Below are positions 9,164 through 18,508 of a DNA stretch of 64,000 nt, one piece after another (position 1 is the first letter of the stretch; every line of letters begins with the position of its first letter). Made by a program: the position numbers and the translations under genes. The stretch lies in assembly GCA_903844845.1 (NCBI GenBank), contig CAIMVG010000021.1, positions 70,992-134,991 on the forward strand, read 5' to 3'. The notes below the pieces were generated by a model that was not told the origin of the DNA, ran no database searches, and saw nothing but the letters and a program-made list of their open reading frames with translations. This DNA comes from an uncultured Dehalococcoidia bacterium (GTDB lineage: Bacteria; Chloroflexota; Dehalococcoidia; Dehalococcoidales; UBA1222).

Positions 9164-10342
9164 TTACCTTTGCCCCGATACGGCTGAAAAAAGCCTGCGG
9201 CTGATAAGAAGGGCGAAGACGGTGACTCCCGCCAAAATGATGAAGGGTACGCCCACGTCGGCGAACGACCCGCTACGGGCCACCAGAGCCTTGAAAGCCT
9301 GGTTGGCGTAGGTGTTGATAGAGAACCGGCTGAGAGTGTAAATAACGGTCCCTTTCGTCAGCGTGAAGAAGGTGCCCCCCAGCATGACGGTGCCCATGGT
9401 GAAGAAAACCGCGATCCAATTGGCTGAGTCGGGCGTCCGCGCCACCGAAGCGATAAGCATCCCCACGGCCCCGCCGGCCGCGGCGAAAACCAGTGAGAGC
9501 CCGATCACTTCAAGGAAGGAGAGCGGGGTGAAGATATGGAAAACCGCGTAGGACAATACAAGCAGGATGACCGTCTGCACGAAGCCGCGCCCCATGCCGG
9601 CCAGGAATTTGCCGGTGAAGAGCTGACTGGTCGTGAGCCGCGTTGTGAGCAGCCTTTCAAGCGTCCCCTTGCGTTTCTCTTCCGCGAAAGCCCTGGCGCC
9701 GATGGTGATTGAGAAGAGGACGTACATCGTTATGATGCCCGGAAGGAACTGGCCGACCGGGTCCGGGAGGCTGCCCGTAAGGTCTTCCCTGATCGAGACA
9801 CTGGGGGAAGTTTTTTCCGTCGCCACGGCCTGCTGCACGGTGTTGAAAATCACTGAAGTCGATATCCCTGTGCCGTCAAGCGCCTGGCTCACGACAGCCT
9901 GCACCTGGAAACCCATATTCAGGTCCGAGATAGCCGCGTTTTCGATGCTGTAGACTATCTGGCCTTCCTGACCGCCGTTGCCGCGCTGTTTGAACGTGAT
10001 TTGGGCCGGCTGCCCTGCAGCCAGTTTGGAGCTGAAATCGGCGGGTATTACCATCAACTGTATGATGTCGGACCGCCCGAGTTTGACTTCGGCGTCGCTC
10101 GCTTTAAGTATCTTTACCGTCAGGCTGTTATTGTGTTCAAGCGTGTTCAAAAGAGATTGTGCGAAAGGGCCGTTGTCCTCGTTCACGATGTTGGCGGTGC
10201 CGTGAAAGAGGTTCTGGCCTCCGAATGCGCCGTAGATGAGCGCGAAAGTGACCACGGGGAGCAACAGGCTGAAAGCCAGGTCCCCCCTGTCCTGCAGATA
10301 AGATTTTATCTCGCGCAGCGCGATCGCCAGTGCGTTCTTCAT
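9164..10342 (-). CDS. ABC-2 type transporter permease
   Basis: 392 aa with the same architecture as the downstream paralog. 4-nt gaps on both sides indicate operon coupling. Confidence 0.8.
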   Translation of the reverse strand: MKNALAIALREIKSYLQDRGDLAFSLLLPVVTFALIYGAFGGQNLFHGTANIVNEDNGPFAQSLLNTLEHNNSLTVKILKASDAEVKLGRSDIIQLMVIPADFSSKLAAGQPAQITFKQRGNGGQEGQIVYSIENAAISDLNMGFQVQAVVSQALDGTGISTSVIFNTVQQAVATEKTSPSVSIREDLTGSLPDPVGQFLPGIITMYVLFSITIGARAFAEEKRKGTLERLLTTRLTTSQLFTGKFLAGMGRGFVQTVILLVLSYAVFHIFTPLSFLEVIGLSLVFAAAGGAVGMLIASVARTPDSANWIAVFFTMGTVMLGGTFFTLTKGTVIYTLSRFSINTYANQAFKALVARSGSFADVGVPFIILAGVTVFALLISRRLFSAVSGQR

Positions 10343-10346
10343 CTTT

Positions 10347-11096
10347 TCAGTCCCGCAGACTTCGGCCCGTAAGGTTGAGGAAGACGTGCTCCAGGGTTAC
10401 GGTGTCGGGGTTGCCGATCTTCTTCTTTAATTCGTACGGCGAGTCCATGGCGATGACCTGCCCGCCGTCGATGATGGCCACGCGCTTGCACAGGTGGTCG
10501 GCTTCCTCCATGTAATGGGTGGTGTATAGCACCGTGATCCCCTGCTTTTGCAGGTTCTGGATGGTTTCGAATATCTTGTTGCGCGACTGGGGGTCGATGC
10601 CCACCGTCGGCTCGTCCAGGAATAGCAGTTGGGGGTGGCCCATGAGGGCGATGGCCAGGTTGACGCGGCGCTTCATTCCGCCCGAATATTTCTGGATCTT
10701 GTCTTTCCCGCGGTCGCTGAGTTCCATCAGTCGGAGGTTGGAGGCGGCCTGTTCGCGGGCTTCCTTGCCGGAGAGCCCTGCCATCTTCCCGAAGAATATA
10801 AGGTTGTCGATGGCCGACATCTCTTCATAGAGGGCCAGGTCCTGCGGGCATATGCCTATAATCTCCCGGACTTTGTCGGCCTGGTTCTTGATGGAGAAGC
10901 CGCCGATGGCGGCGTCTCCCCCGTCGGGGGCCAGCACCGTCGCGAGCATGCGTATGGTGGTCGTCTTGCCGGCCCCGTTGGGGCCCAGCAGGCCGAAACA
11001 TTCACCCTTGTCGATGGTGAACGAAACCCCATCGACGGCTTTTTGCCCGTTGAAATCCTTGCGCAAATCCTTGACTGCCACGAATGGTTCGGACAT
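10347..11096 (-). CDS. ABC transporter ATP-binding protein
   Basis: Walker A GPNGAGKTTT, signature YSGGMKRR, Walker B LLFLDEPT. Confidence 0.92.
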   Translation of the reverse strand: MSEPFVAVKDLRKDFNGQKAVDGVSFTIDKGECFGLLGPNGAGKTTTIRMLATVLAPDGGDAAIGGFSIKNQADKVREIIGICPQDLALYEEMSAIDNLIFFGKMAGLSGKEAREQAASNLRLMELSDRGKDKIQKYSGGMKRRVNLAIALMGHPQLLFLDEPTVGIDPQSRNKIFETIQNLQKQGITVLYTTHYMEEADHLCKRVAIIDGGQVIAMDSPYELKKKIGNPDTVTLEHVFLNLTGRSLRD

Positions 11097-11132
11097 ACGT
11101 GTACCTCCGGGAGGCCCGTTATGATTTTTCGA

Positions 11133-11582
11133 TTATATGCGGTTGTTCTGGATATAAGCCGGGATGTCGGCCGGCGGCACCACGAAGTAGGTCTTGTCGC
11201 CGTTGGCTACGAACAGGTAGACGTCCAGCGCTTTGAAGGCGAAGCTGTGCTCAAATTTCTGGAGGGCCTTGATGAAATCAGGCGTCGCCGGAAAGGCGAT
11301 GCCGTATTTCTTGTTCGGGTCGGTCATGCGGGCCATCAGCTGGCCGAGTCCCATCTGGAAATTCATCTCGGCTGCAGAAAAGCCGCCCTTATCCTCGCCC
11401 TTGGCTTCCAGGATGAACGAAACGCCGTCCTTGTCCACTGCGAGGTCGGCAAATCCACCCGGCAGTTTGACCTGTTCCTTGACGGACCAGCCGTCCTGCT
11501 TGAGGCCGCGCTTGAGAACCCCGATAACATCGCTTTCCTTGAATATATCCACAGTCATCATCCTTTCTATTTTTTCTCGCAT
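11133..11582 (-). CDS. Hypothetical protein with a PD-(D/E)xK-like motif
   Basis: GGFADLAVDKDGVSFILEAKG has D ... E-x-K spacing typical of restriction-endonuclease-fold proteins. No other support. Confidence 0.5.
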   Translation of the reverse strand: MREKIERMMTVDIFKESDVIGVLKRGLKQDGWSVKEQVKLPGGFADLAVDKDGVSFILEAKGEDKGGFSAAEMNFQMGLGQLMARMTDPNKKYGIAFPATPDFIKALQKFEHSFAFKALDVYLFVANGDKTYFVVPPADIPAYIQNNRI

Positions 11583-11728
11583 AGTTTAGCCACAAAAATC
11601 TGCGGGGTCAACTGCCCCGGGGGCATTACCGCCTTGCGGACGGCGAAATTTTGGTTATTGTGATTGTGTTACGGGTGATATATGATGGAGTCAGGGTAAA
11701 ATCAACCGCAGGCCGCGGGTGGGAATCT

Positions 11729-12601
11729 ATGCTGAGAAAATTTCTCTACACCGGCATACTGATCTCGCTGGTACTGGTGACTAACCAGGTAAGGGCCGAT
11801 TCAACCTCCTCTGGCAGCACGCCCGTCGGTTCGGTTACAGTCGCCTCCACCATGACGAGCGGGGCCGTCGAAGTGCGCGTGATGGCTTCCCAGGCAGATG
11901 CGTCTGTTACGTCGGTGAATATGACCCTCTCGAGCGTGGAGATCTACCTCGCTACCGGCTGGACGAAGATGGCAATGGCACAGTCGAACAAAGTGGACCT
12001 CGTCCAGGCGTTCGGAACCGAGCGAACCGTCGCAAGCATGAAGAACCTGAACCCGGGCACCTACAACCAGGTCAGGCTGAATATCTCCGGGTTGGACGTG
12101 ACCCCGGCGGGCGGCAAACCGGTGAAAGCCGCATTGACCCTAAATTCGATTTCCTTCACAAAGAACTACCAGGTGTCGATAAACAACACGACCGTTATCG
12201 TCATCAACTTCGATCCGGTAAAATCGATCGATACGAGCGTGAAGGACCATATCGCTTTCACCCCGGTGGCGAGCCTGCTGGTCGCCCCCGCCGGCGCCCT
12301 CCAGATAATCAACTTCAACCTTGTTCAGGGCAAGGTGGGCCAGGCTTATCATGCGCAGCTGGTAGCCATAGGCGGGCTCCAGCCGTACACCTGGACCATC
12401 ACAATGGGGGACATGCCGGACGGGCTCGCACTCGACCCCGCAACCGGGGTGATTTCCGGTACCCCTTCCAAAGACGGAATATTCTTTTTCACCGTCAGGG
12501 CGGATGATTCGTCGCCGGTCAGGAAAAGCACCGCCAGGGCGACGGCCGGCGGCGTCGTGAACGCGGGCGAACCGGGCGTGACCATCCGCATCTCGCCATA
12601 G
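11729..12601 (+). CDS. Secreted protein: DUF4382-like N-terminal domain plus Ig-like (cadherin/dystroglycan-type) domain
   Basis: Start taken at MLRKFLYTGILISLVLV (signal peptide). The C-terminal G.AY...L.A.GG..PYTW.I..G..P.GL.LD..TG.ISGTP...G...FTV is the putative-Ig motif. Confidence 0.65.
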   Translation: MLRKFLYTGILISLVLVTNQVRADSTSSGSTPVGSVTVASTMTSGAVEVRVMASQADASVTSVNMTLSSVEIYLATGWTKMAMAQSNKVDLVQAFGTERTVASMKNLNPGTYNQVRLNISGLDVTPAGGKPVKAALTLNSISFTKNYQVSINNTTVIVINFDPVKSIDTSVKDHIAFTPVASLLVAPAGALQIINFNLVQGKVGQAYHAQLVAIGGLQPYTWTITMGDMPDGLALDPATGVISGTPSKDGIFFFTVRADDSSPVRKSTARATAGGVVNAGEPGVTIRISP

Positions 12602-12694
12602 CTTTTTGCAAGTCGGTATAATTATTTTATGCATGGGGAAACGTGCATAAAAGGGCCGATTTGCCGGTTTCCGAGAGACGTAGAAACAAAAGAT

Positions 12695-13732
12695 ATGATC
12701 GAAGCGCGGCTCTACGAAAAACTCCCCGGGTCCATCGTCCGCTGCCACACGTGCCAGTGGCTCTGCAAGATACAGCCCGACAAGACCGGCGTGTGCAAGA
12801 TGTACAAGAACGAAGCCGGCACCCTTTTCAACCTGAATTACGCGCATACGTCATCCGTCGCGGTCGACCCGGTTGAAAAGAAGCCCCTCAACCACCTGTT
12901 TCCGGGCAGCTTGTGTTTTTCCCTGGGCGGCTGGGGCTGCAATTTCCACTGCATACACTGCCAGAACTGGGGCATCTCGTGCGTAAATATCCCGAACGGC
13001 GACCGCCGCCAGGCCGAGGTGCCCCCGCAAAAAGCCGTAGAAATGGCAGTTCACTACGGGTGCCAGGGCATCGCCTGGACCTACAACGAGCCGACCATGT
13101 GGTTCGAGTACACACTGGATTCGGCCAAACTGGCGCACGCTGCCGGGCTTTATTCCGTTTACGTCACCAACGGATACGCTACAGAAGAAGCCCTCGACCT
13201 CCTCGGGCCTTACCTGACGGCGTGGCGCGTGGACGTTAAAGGATTCAGCGACGGGTTTTACAGCAAACTGGCGCGTATCAGCCGCTGGCGCGGCATACTG
13301 GACGTCGCCAAACGCGCCAGGCATAAGTGGGGCATGCACGTCGAAGTGGTCACCAACGTTATACCGGGCATGAACGACGACGACGCCCAGCTAAGCGGTC
13401 TCGCAGGCTGGATAGCATCGGACCTTGGCGAACTGACGCCCTGGCATGTCACCCGTTTTCACCCTGATTACAACCTCCCGGATGTGCCCGCCACCCCCGT
13501 GGCCACAATCGAACGGGCGATATGCATCGGTAAAAAGGCGGGCCTCAAATTCATCTATGGGGGAAACATCCCCGGGCATTCGTCCGAGAGCACCGTCTGC
13601 TATAACTGCCGTAATCTCATCGTGGACCGGCAGGGTTATAAAACCGAAGTTATCGGCCTGGACGGCACGCACTGCAGGTTCTGCGGCGCGGACCTGAATT
13701 TCAGGATAGATATCAAGGGGGTTGCGAAATGA
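12695..13732 (+). CDS. amrS: AmmeMemoRadiSam system radical SAM enzyme
   Basis: Start taken at [11 protein letters not shown]-terminal C..C...C......G.C cluster, then radical [14 protein letters not shown]. Its stop overlaps the next start (ATGA at 13729-13732). Confidence 0.88.
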   Translation: MIEARLYEKLPGSIVRCHTCQWLCKIQPDKTGVCKMYKNEAGTLFNLNYAHTSSVAVDPVEKKPLNHLFPGSLCFSLGGWGCNFHCIHCQNWGISCVNIPNGDRRQAEVPPQKAVEMAVHYGCQGIAWTYNEPTMWFEYTLDSAKLAHAAGLYSVYVTNGYATEEALDLLGPYLTAWRVDVKGFSDGFYSKLARISRWRGILDVAKRARHKWGMHVEVVTNVIPGMNDDDAQLSGLAGWIASDLGELTPWHVTRFHPDYNLPDVPATPVATIERAICIGKKAGLKFIYGGNIPGHSSESTVCYNCRNLIVDRQGYKTEVIGLDGTHCRFCGADLNFRIDIKGVAK

Positions 13733-15054
13733 CAGCGATGATTCGAAAACCGACGGTGGCCGGATCTTTCTACCCCGGTTCGGCCAGGGAACTGGCGGCC
13801 ATGATAGAGACCATGGTGGACGACGGCGCGGCCAAAGCCCATGTGTTCGGGTTGGTCAGTCCGCATGCGGGCATCATCTATTCCGGGGCGGTGGCGGGGG
13901 CCGTTATCTCGCGAATCCGCATCACGGACACCGTCATCATCATGGGCCCGAACCACACGGGACTGGGCAAGCCCTTCGCTATAATGACGTCGGGCACCTG
14001 GGAAACGCCGCTGGGGAACGTCGATATCGACGGCGCACTCGCCTCTAAACTGCTCGCCGGTTCATCCTATCTCGCAGAAGATTACGACGCCCACTTACGG
14101 GAGCATTCCATCGAGGTCCAGCTGCCTTTCCTCCAGCATTTCAAAAAAGACGTCAAAATCGTGCCCATCGTGCTCTCGCACGCCGGCGGAGAAGTTTACA
14201 AGGAGATAGGTCAGGAGATAGCGGAGGTGTTGGCAGGGCTTGGCCGCGAAGTCGTCATCCTTGCTTCGAGCGACATGACGCATTACGAGCCGCGGAAAGA
14301 AGCCGAGCGCAAGGACAACTCGGCCATCGGCGCCATCCTGGACCTCGACGAAGACGCCCTCCTTGATCGCATCGCCGCCGAAAATATCACCATGTGCGGC
14401 TACGGGCCTGTGGCGGCCCTCATCTCCGCGGCCAAGGCCATGGGGGCCCAGAAGGCGGAACTGGTGAAATACCAGACCTCGGGGGAAACTTCAGGCGACT
14501 ATTCCAGCGTGGTCGGCTACGCGGGACTCATCATCCCCAGACCGGTCATGTCCCCGCTGGTGAAACTGGCGCACGAAGCCATCCGCGATTATATCGTGGA
14601 AGGCAGGGTCGTTTTGCCGCCCGAACCGCTCACTCCCGAGATGCAGGAAAAGGCCGGCGTGTTCGTTTCCATCCATGAGAACGGCGAACTGCGGGGGTGC
14701 ATCGGCACTTTCGAACCCGCCCGCCGCAACGTGGCGGAAGAGATAATCGTCAACGGTATCAGCGCGGCCACCCGCGACCCGCGTTTTTCGCCCATCGAGG
14801 AGCATGAACTCAACAAGCTGGAGATCAGCGTGGACGTCCTCACCGAACCCGAGGCCATTTCAGGCAGCGAACAGCTGGACCCCAAAAAATACGGCGCCAT
14901 CGTCCAGCGTGGGGCGCGGCGCGGCCTGCTCCTGCCTGACCTGGAGGGCGTAGACACCGCGGAGGAACAGATAGATATCTGCCGCCGCAAGGCGGACATC
15001 AGCCCGAATGAAAAGGTCCAGCTGTTCCGCTTCGAGGTGAAGCGGTACCACTAG
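13729..15054 (+). CDS. Fused AmmeMemoRadiSam system protein B (Memo-like) and protein A (AMMECR1)
   Basis: Residues 1 to about 268: R.P.VAGSFYP, SPHAG..YSG, MGPNH, H...EHS.EVQLPFL (Memo). From about nt 14540: GVFVS....G.LRGCIG, GLLLP (AMMECR1). Single uninterrupted 441-aa ORF. Confidence 0.85.
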   Translation: MTAMIRKPTVAGSFYPGSARELAAMIETMVDDGAAKAHVFGLVSPHAGIIYSGAVAGAVISRIRITDTVIIMGPNHTGLGKPFAIMTSGTWETPLGNVDIDGALASKLLAGSSYLAEDYDAHLREHSIEVQLPFLQHFKKDVKIVPIVLSHAGGEVYKEIGQEIAEVLAGLGREVVILASSDMTHYEPRKEAERKDNSAIGAILDLDEDALLDRIAAENITMCGYGPVAALISAAKAMGAQKAELVKYQTSGETSGDYSSVVGYAGLIIPRPVMSPLVKLAHEAIRDYIVEGRVVLPPEPLTPEMQEKAGVFVSIHENGELRGCIGTFEPARRNVAEEIIVNGISAATRDPRFSPIEEHELNKLEISVDVLTEPEAISGSEQLDPKKYGAIVQRGARRGLLLPDLEGVDTAEEQIDICRRKADISPNEKVQLFRFEVKRYH

Positions 15055-15085
15055 ACCGAACTACTCCACAACCTCGTTCCATGCT

Positions 15086-15367
15086 CTGGATTGTCGGGTT
15101 TGGCCCGACAATGACTGCGGCTCGGAGGTTGGGTCATCCCGGCCCGTGCGCCGGGCCTCGGGATGTTCCCCGAGGTTCTCGCACTCGAGGCTCGGGTGTT
15201 CTTGTCCTCGAGCGTTGGCTCGAGGGATCCAGAATAACGGGTCCTTGGATGATTGTTGCGTCTGGCTTGTCGGATCACCCTCTTGACACCCGGGTACAAG
15301 CAAGCCCGACAATGCCGGGGCGCGAAGGCTGTGTCATCCCGGCCCGCGAGCCGGGATCCAGAATAAA
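15086..15367. repeat. Cluster of hairpin repeats (GTCAT...ATCCAG family, at least 4 units, mixed orientation and stem types)
   Basis: 15086-15115 CTGGAT|TGTCGGG..CCCGACA|ATGAC (reverse). 15133-15165 GTCAT|CCCGGC..GCCGGG. 15202-15237 GTC|CTCGAG..CTCGAG|GGATCCAGAATAA. 15331-15367 GTCAT|CCCGGC..GCCGGG|ATCCAGAATAA. Confidence 0.8.
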
Positions 15368-15431
15368 CATCCCATCCCTTCCCGTTGTGGTAAAATCCAT
15401 ACGATTCATCTATCGAGGAGTGCCTCCGAAT

Positions 15432-15965
15432 ATGCGAATGCGTTACAGCGATGTGAACGAACTCCACTACGAGAAAATGGGCTCATTCTGGGGCAGGCTG
15501 GCGGTGTTCCTCTTCTTTGCCGTCACCCTGCTTTTTGCGGGCCTCTATTTTTACCAGAGGGCGCACGGGCCGCTAGGCGACAGGCCCGCCCCTGACTGGT
15601 ATTACCTTATGATGTTTGGGATATTCCTGCTGGTGGGCGTCATCGTCATGAATTTTTTCACGCTCACCATCCACGTCACCACCGAGGGCCTTACCGTCGC
15701 GTACGGCATTTTCAAACAGCGTGTCTCCTGGGACAACGTTGCCGGTTACGAGATGGGGAAGGGCACGGGCCTGTTGAACTACGGCGGGTACGGGATACGT
15801 TTCGGGTACCGAAAAGGCGGGGCCGTGCTGGTTTACAATATCATGGGAGCCAGGCTGATAGTCCTTGAACTGCGGGCACCCGGGCGCTACAAGTATTTCG
15901 CTTTCTCGACAAGGCATCCCGAGGAAGTGGCGGCCCTTGTCGAGAAATGGGGCAATCCTGATTAG
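15432..15965 (+). CDS. Membrane protein with two TM helices and a C-terminal bacterial PH-like domain
   Basis: The track ORF 15081..15965 starts inside the repeat cluster. The plausible start is the ATG at 15432 (MRMRYSD...), or alternatively 15477. Hydrophobic helices are followed by a soluble beta-rich domain. Confidence 0.6.
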   Translation: MRMRYSDVNELHYEKMGSFWGRLAVFLFFAVTLLFAGLYFYQRAHGPLGDRPAPDWYYLMMFGIFLLVGVIVMNFFTLTIHVTTEGLTVAYGIFKQRVSWDNVAGYEMGKGTGLLNYGGYGIRFGYRKGGAVLVYNIMGARLIVLELRAPGRYKYFAFSTRHPEEVAALVEKWGNPD

Positions 15966-15989
15966 GCACTGTACCTCACAGGCGTAGAT

Positions 15990-17342
15990 ATGGACCTGTT
16001 CGATTTCAATTACGAGAAAGAGAAGCTGAAGGAAGCCCCCCTCGCCGCGCGCATGAGGCCGGCAAACCTGGCGGAGTTCGTGGGCCAGGAGCATATCATC
16101 GGGGCGGGACACGTCCTGCGCACAGCCATCGATTCGGGCAAACTACCCTCCGTCGTTCTCTGGGGGCCTCCCGGCTCCGGTAAAACGACACTCGCCTACA
16201 TCATGGCGCAGGCCACCTCCTCACACTTCAGCCCCGTTTCGGCGGTGAGCGCGGGTGTAGCCGACCTGCGGAAGATAATCGAAGAAGCCCGCGAGCGGCG
16301 CAAGATGTCGGGGCAGAGGACGCTCCTGTTCATCGATGAGATACACAGGTTCAATAAGGCGCAGCAGGATGCCATTCTGCCCTATGTGGAGGACGGGACC
16401 GTCACTCTTATCGGCGCGACCACCGAGAACCCCTCTTTCGAGGTCATATCGCCCCTGCTGTCGCGCTCGCAGGTGTTCGTCCTGAAGCCCCTTGCGCCCC
16501 CGGAGATCGCTACGATTATCAACCGGGCCATCTCGGACAACGAACGCGGCCTCGGGGCCTTCAAGGTCGCGCTGGAAGAAAGTGCGCTCGACTACCTGGT
16601 TTCCATGTCCAACAGCGACGCCCGCACCGCACTCAACGCTTTGGAAGTGGCGGCCATGACTACCCCGCCCGACGAGAACGGCAGGCGTTTCGTTACCCTC
16701 CCGATGGTTGAAGACGCAGTCCAGCACCGGGCTATCCTCTACGACAAGAACGGCGAACAGCATTTCGATATCATCTCTGCATTACATAAAACTTTAAGGG
16801 GTTCGGACCCCGACGCGGCGCTTTACTGGCTGGCGCGCATGCTGGAAGCCGGCGAAGACCCGCTATATATCGTGCGCCGGCTGGTCCGCTTCGCCTCCGA
16901 GGACGTCGGTATGGCCGACCCCCAGGCGCTGGTGGTATCGATGGCGGCCCAGCAGGCGGTGCATTTCATCGGCATGCCGGAGGGCAATCTGGCGCTGGCC
17001 GAGGCGGTGGTCTACCTGGCGACGGCCCCCAAGAGCAATTCGCTGTACACGGCCTATTCGGCGGTGAAGAAGGAAGTCACGGCAGGGCGCAACGAGCCCG
17101 TGCCCCTGCACCTGCGCAACGCCCCCACTAAACTGATGAAGGACCTGGATTACGGCAAGGGGTACAAATACGCCCACCAGTTCGAAGGGCACTTCGTCAG
17201 GCAGGAAAATCTGCCCGAAAGCCTCAAGGGAAGGCAGTTTTACGAACCGGGCGAGCAGGGGTTCGAGAAACAGGTCCTGGCGCGTCTCAGGGGGTGGTGG
17301 CCGGAAAGGTACAAGCCGAAAACCGAGAAGCCGGGGGAATAA
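15990..17342 (+). CDS. rarA: Replication-associated recombination protein A (AAA+ ATPase)
   Basis: LA.RMRP..L.EFVGQ.H, Walker A GPPGSGKTTLA, LFIDEIHRFNK.QQD..LP.VE.G, DPDAALYWLARML..GEDP. Confidence 0.92.
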   Translation: MDLFDFNYEKEKLKEAPLAARMRPANLAEFVGQEHIIGAGHVLRTAIDSGKLPSVVLWGPPGSGKTTLAYIMAQATSSHFSPVSAVSAGVADLRKIIEEARERRKMSGQRTLLFIDEIHRFNKAQQDAILPYVEDGTVTLIGATTENPSFEVISPLLSRSQVFVLKPLAPPEIATIINRAISDNERGLGAFKVALEESALDYLVSMSNSDARTALNALEVAAMTTPPDENGRRFVTLPMVEDAVQHRAILYDKNGEQHFDIISALHKTLRGSDPDAALYWLARMLEAGEDPLYIVRRLVRFASEDVGMADPQALVVSMAAQQAVHFIGMPEGNLALAEAVVYLATAPKSNSLYTAYSAVKKEVTAGRNEPVPLHLRNAPTKLMKDLDYGKGYKYAHQFEGHFVRQENLPESLKGRQFYEPGEQGFEKQVLARLRGWWPERYKPKTEKPGE

Positions 17343-17374
17343 TCAGTTTTATCATTCCAACCCCTACTCCCCCG

Positions 17375-17404
17375 TGTCATCCCGGGCCGAGACCCGGGAT
17401 CCAT
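17375..17404 (+). repeat. Dispersed hairpin repeat (GTCAT|CCCGGGcc-gag-aCCCGGG|ATCCAT)
   Basis: GTGTCATCCCGGGCCGAGACCCGGGATCCAT lies directly downstream of rarA. Same family as 43743 and 46791. Confidence 0.8.
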
Positions 17405-17497
17405 TATATATCCTGGCATTAACAATGCTGAAAGCTGAGTGCTGACAGTTGCATCGGTTGACACTCACCCCCCGTCCGCATATACTTATAAGGTTGA

Positions 17498-17572
17498 CGC
17501 GGGGTGGAGCAGTGGCAGCTCGTCGGGCTCATAACCCGAAGGTCGTTCGTTCGAATCGAACCCCCGCTACCA
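17498..17572 (+). tRNA. tRNA-Met (anticodon CAU), initiator type, CCA encoded
   Basis: Manual cloverleaf: acceptor CGCGGGG/CCCCGCT, D arm GAGC-AGTGGCA-GCTC, anticodon arm TCGGG-CTCATAA-CCCGA, T arm GTTCG-TTCGAAT-CGAAC, then ACCA. Three consecutive G:C pairs close the anticodon loop and positions 1:72 are unpaired (C:U); both are initiator hallmarks. Confidence 0.9.
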
Positions 17573-17582
17573 AATAAATAAT

Positions 17583-17612
17583 AAAGCCCCCTGGTAATTC
17601 AGGGGGCTTTTC
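17583..17612. terminator. Bidirectional intrinsic terminator (AAAGCCCCCTG-loop-CAGGGGGCTTT)
   Basis: Perfect GC-rich stem with T-rich runs on both strands. Lies downstream of the tRNA (+) and of gene 17642..18193 (-). Confidence 0.75.
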
Positions 17613-17641
17613 TGTGTTTCTCGAATAGTCCGGTTTTTTGT

Positions 17642-18193
17642 TCAGTTCCATTTTATAGAGAACTCGGTGCAGTCGTTGCCTTTAGCTATCGATTTTAGCG
17701 TTTGCAGTTGGACATTCTTGCAACCGCAGATCTCCAGAGAGCGCGTCACCCAGCCGGAGATTCTCAATTCGATCAGGCGGTGCATTCCGGGGAATTTGGT
17801 TATCTCTAGTGTCACGCTATGGGATTGCTCGTTCGTTACTTTGATGACGCTGTCTTTGTAATAGGTGGCCATAATCTGGCTACCCTTGCCGATGATGAAA
17901 CCGGGCGAGCCTAATTTCACAAACAGCTTGTAAACACCCTGTAAGGAGGACTCAGAACTGAATCTTCCGATTTCCGTGGCGAAATCTTCTTTTCCACCAT
18001 AGAACATAGAGCTAATCTTCTGCATCGGCTCTACCATTGCCTCTGTGATCGGGTACCAGCTGCTGGCCATCGGGCTATTTATGATTGCCGCAGCCTGGGG
18101 CGAAAGGGATTTGAACCAATCATCATACCTGTTTGCGTGTTTGGCTCGAACGAAATCGGGGATTGATTTTACCGCGGTGCCTTTTACTTCCAT
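17642..18193 (-). CDS. Hypothetical protein, DUF2378/TIGR02265-like (recollection only)
   Basis: 183 aa. VKGTAVKS..DFVR.........W...L.......I.....SSWYP ... GW......E..G.K.V......S.A.G.D.C.F.I.W resembles the Myxococcus paralogous family pattern. Bracketed by tRNA-3'-end repeats. Confidence 0.6.
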   Translation of the reverse strand: MEVKGTAVKSIPDFVRAKHANRYDDWFKSLSPQAAAIINSPMASSWYPITEAMVEPMQKISSMFYGGKEDFATEIGRFSSESSLQGVYKLFVKLGSPGFIIGKGSQIMATYYKDSVIKVTNEQSHSVTLEITKFPGMHRLIELRISGWVTRSLEICGCKNVQLQTLKSIAKGNDCTEFSIKWN

Positions 18194-18411
18194 GATTTCT
18201 CCTTATGCAATTACCGATGCCATTCCGCTTAAAGCAGCTATATCCGGCAATTTTAGGGTTGTTGCCGGGGTAGAAGGAAGAACCGCTCGGCTACAAATCG
18301 CGGGCTTGACGGCTTATCCGATTGGCTATTCAGGCCAAAATGCCGATGTTGTTACGGAACGGATCGAAATGGAAACCGATATTTCGAATAAGTTCCGTTT
18401 GGACAGGTGAT

Positions 18412-18480
18412 GGTTCGAATCGAACCCCCGCTATCAATCAAACAATAAAGCCCCCTGATAATTCAGGGGGCTTCTTCTTT
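18412..18480 (+). repeat. Direct repeat of the tRNA-fMet 3' end (T-arm plus acceptor) plus terminator hairpin, copy 2
   Basis: GGTTCGAATCGAACCCCCGCTA is identical to tRNA positions 17547-17568. The following ~40 nt, including the hairpin AAAGCCCCCTGATAATTCAGGGGGCTT, differ from copy 1 at about 5 positions. Confidence 0.85.
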
Positions 18481-18508
18481 TCTTGACGATATTTGCCGAG
18501 ATTAAAAA

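Noticed and set aside
10629-11663. 344-aa plus-strand ORF
   Set aside because: It runs antisense to the well-supported ABC ATPase gene and to the PD-(D/E)xK-like gene. Its composition (Gly/Arg/Val/Asp-rich) is typical of shadow ORFs in high-GC DNA, and it has no motifs.
12140-12847. 235-aa minus-strand ORF spanning the DUF4382 gene end and the amrS start
   Set aside because: It overlaps two plus-strand genes that have clear family motifs. It has no motifs itself and is Arg/Gly/Pro-rich shadow sequence.
15081-15431. N-terminal 117 codons of track ORF 15081..15965
   Set aside because: This part is translated straight through the hairpin-repeat cluster (peptides such as GHPGPCAGPRD and CVIPAREPGSRI). 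The credible protein begins at about 15432.
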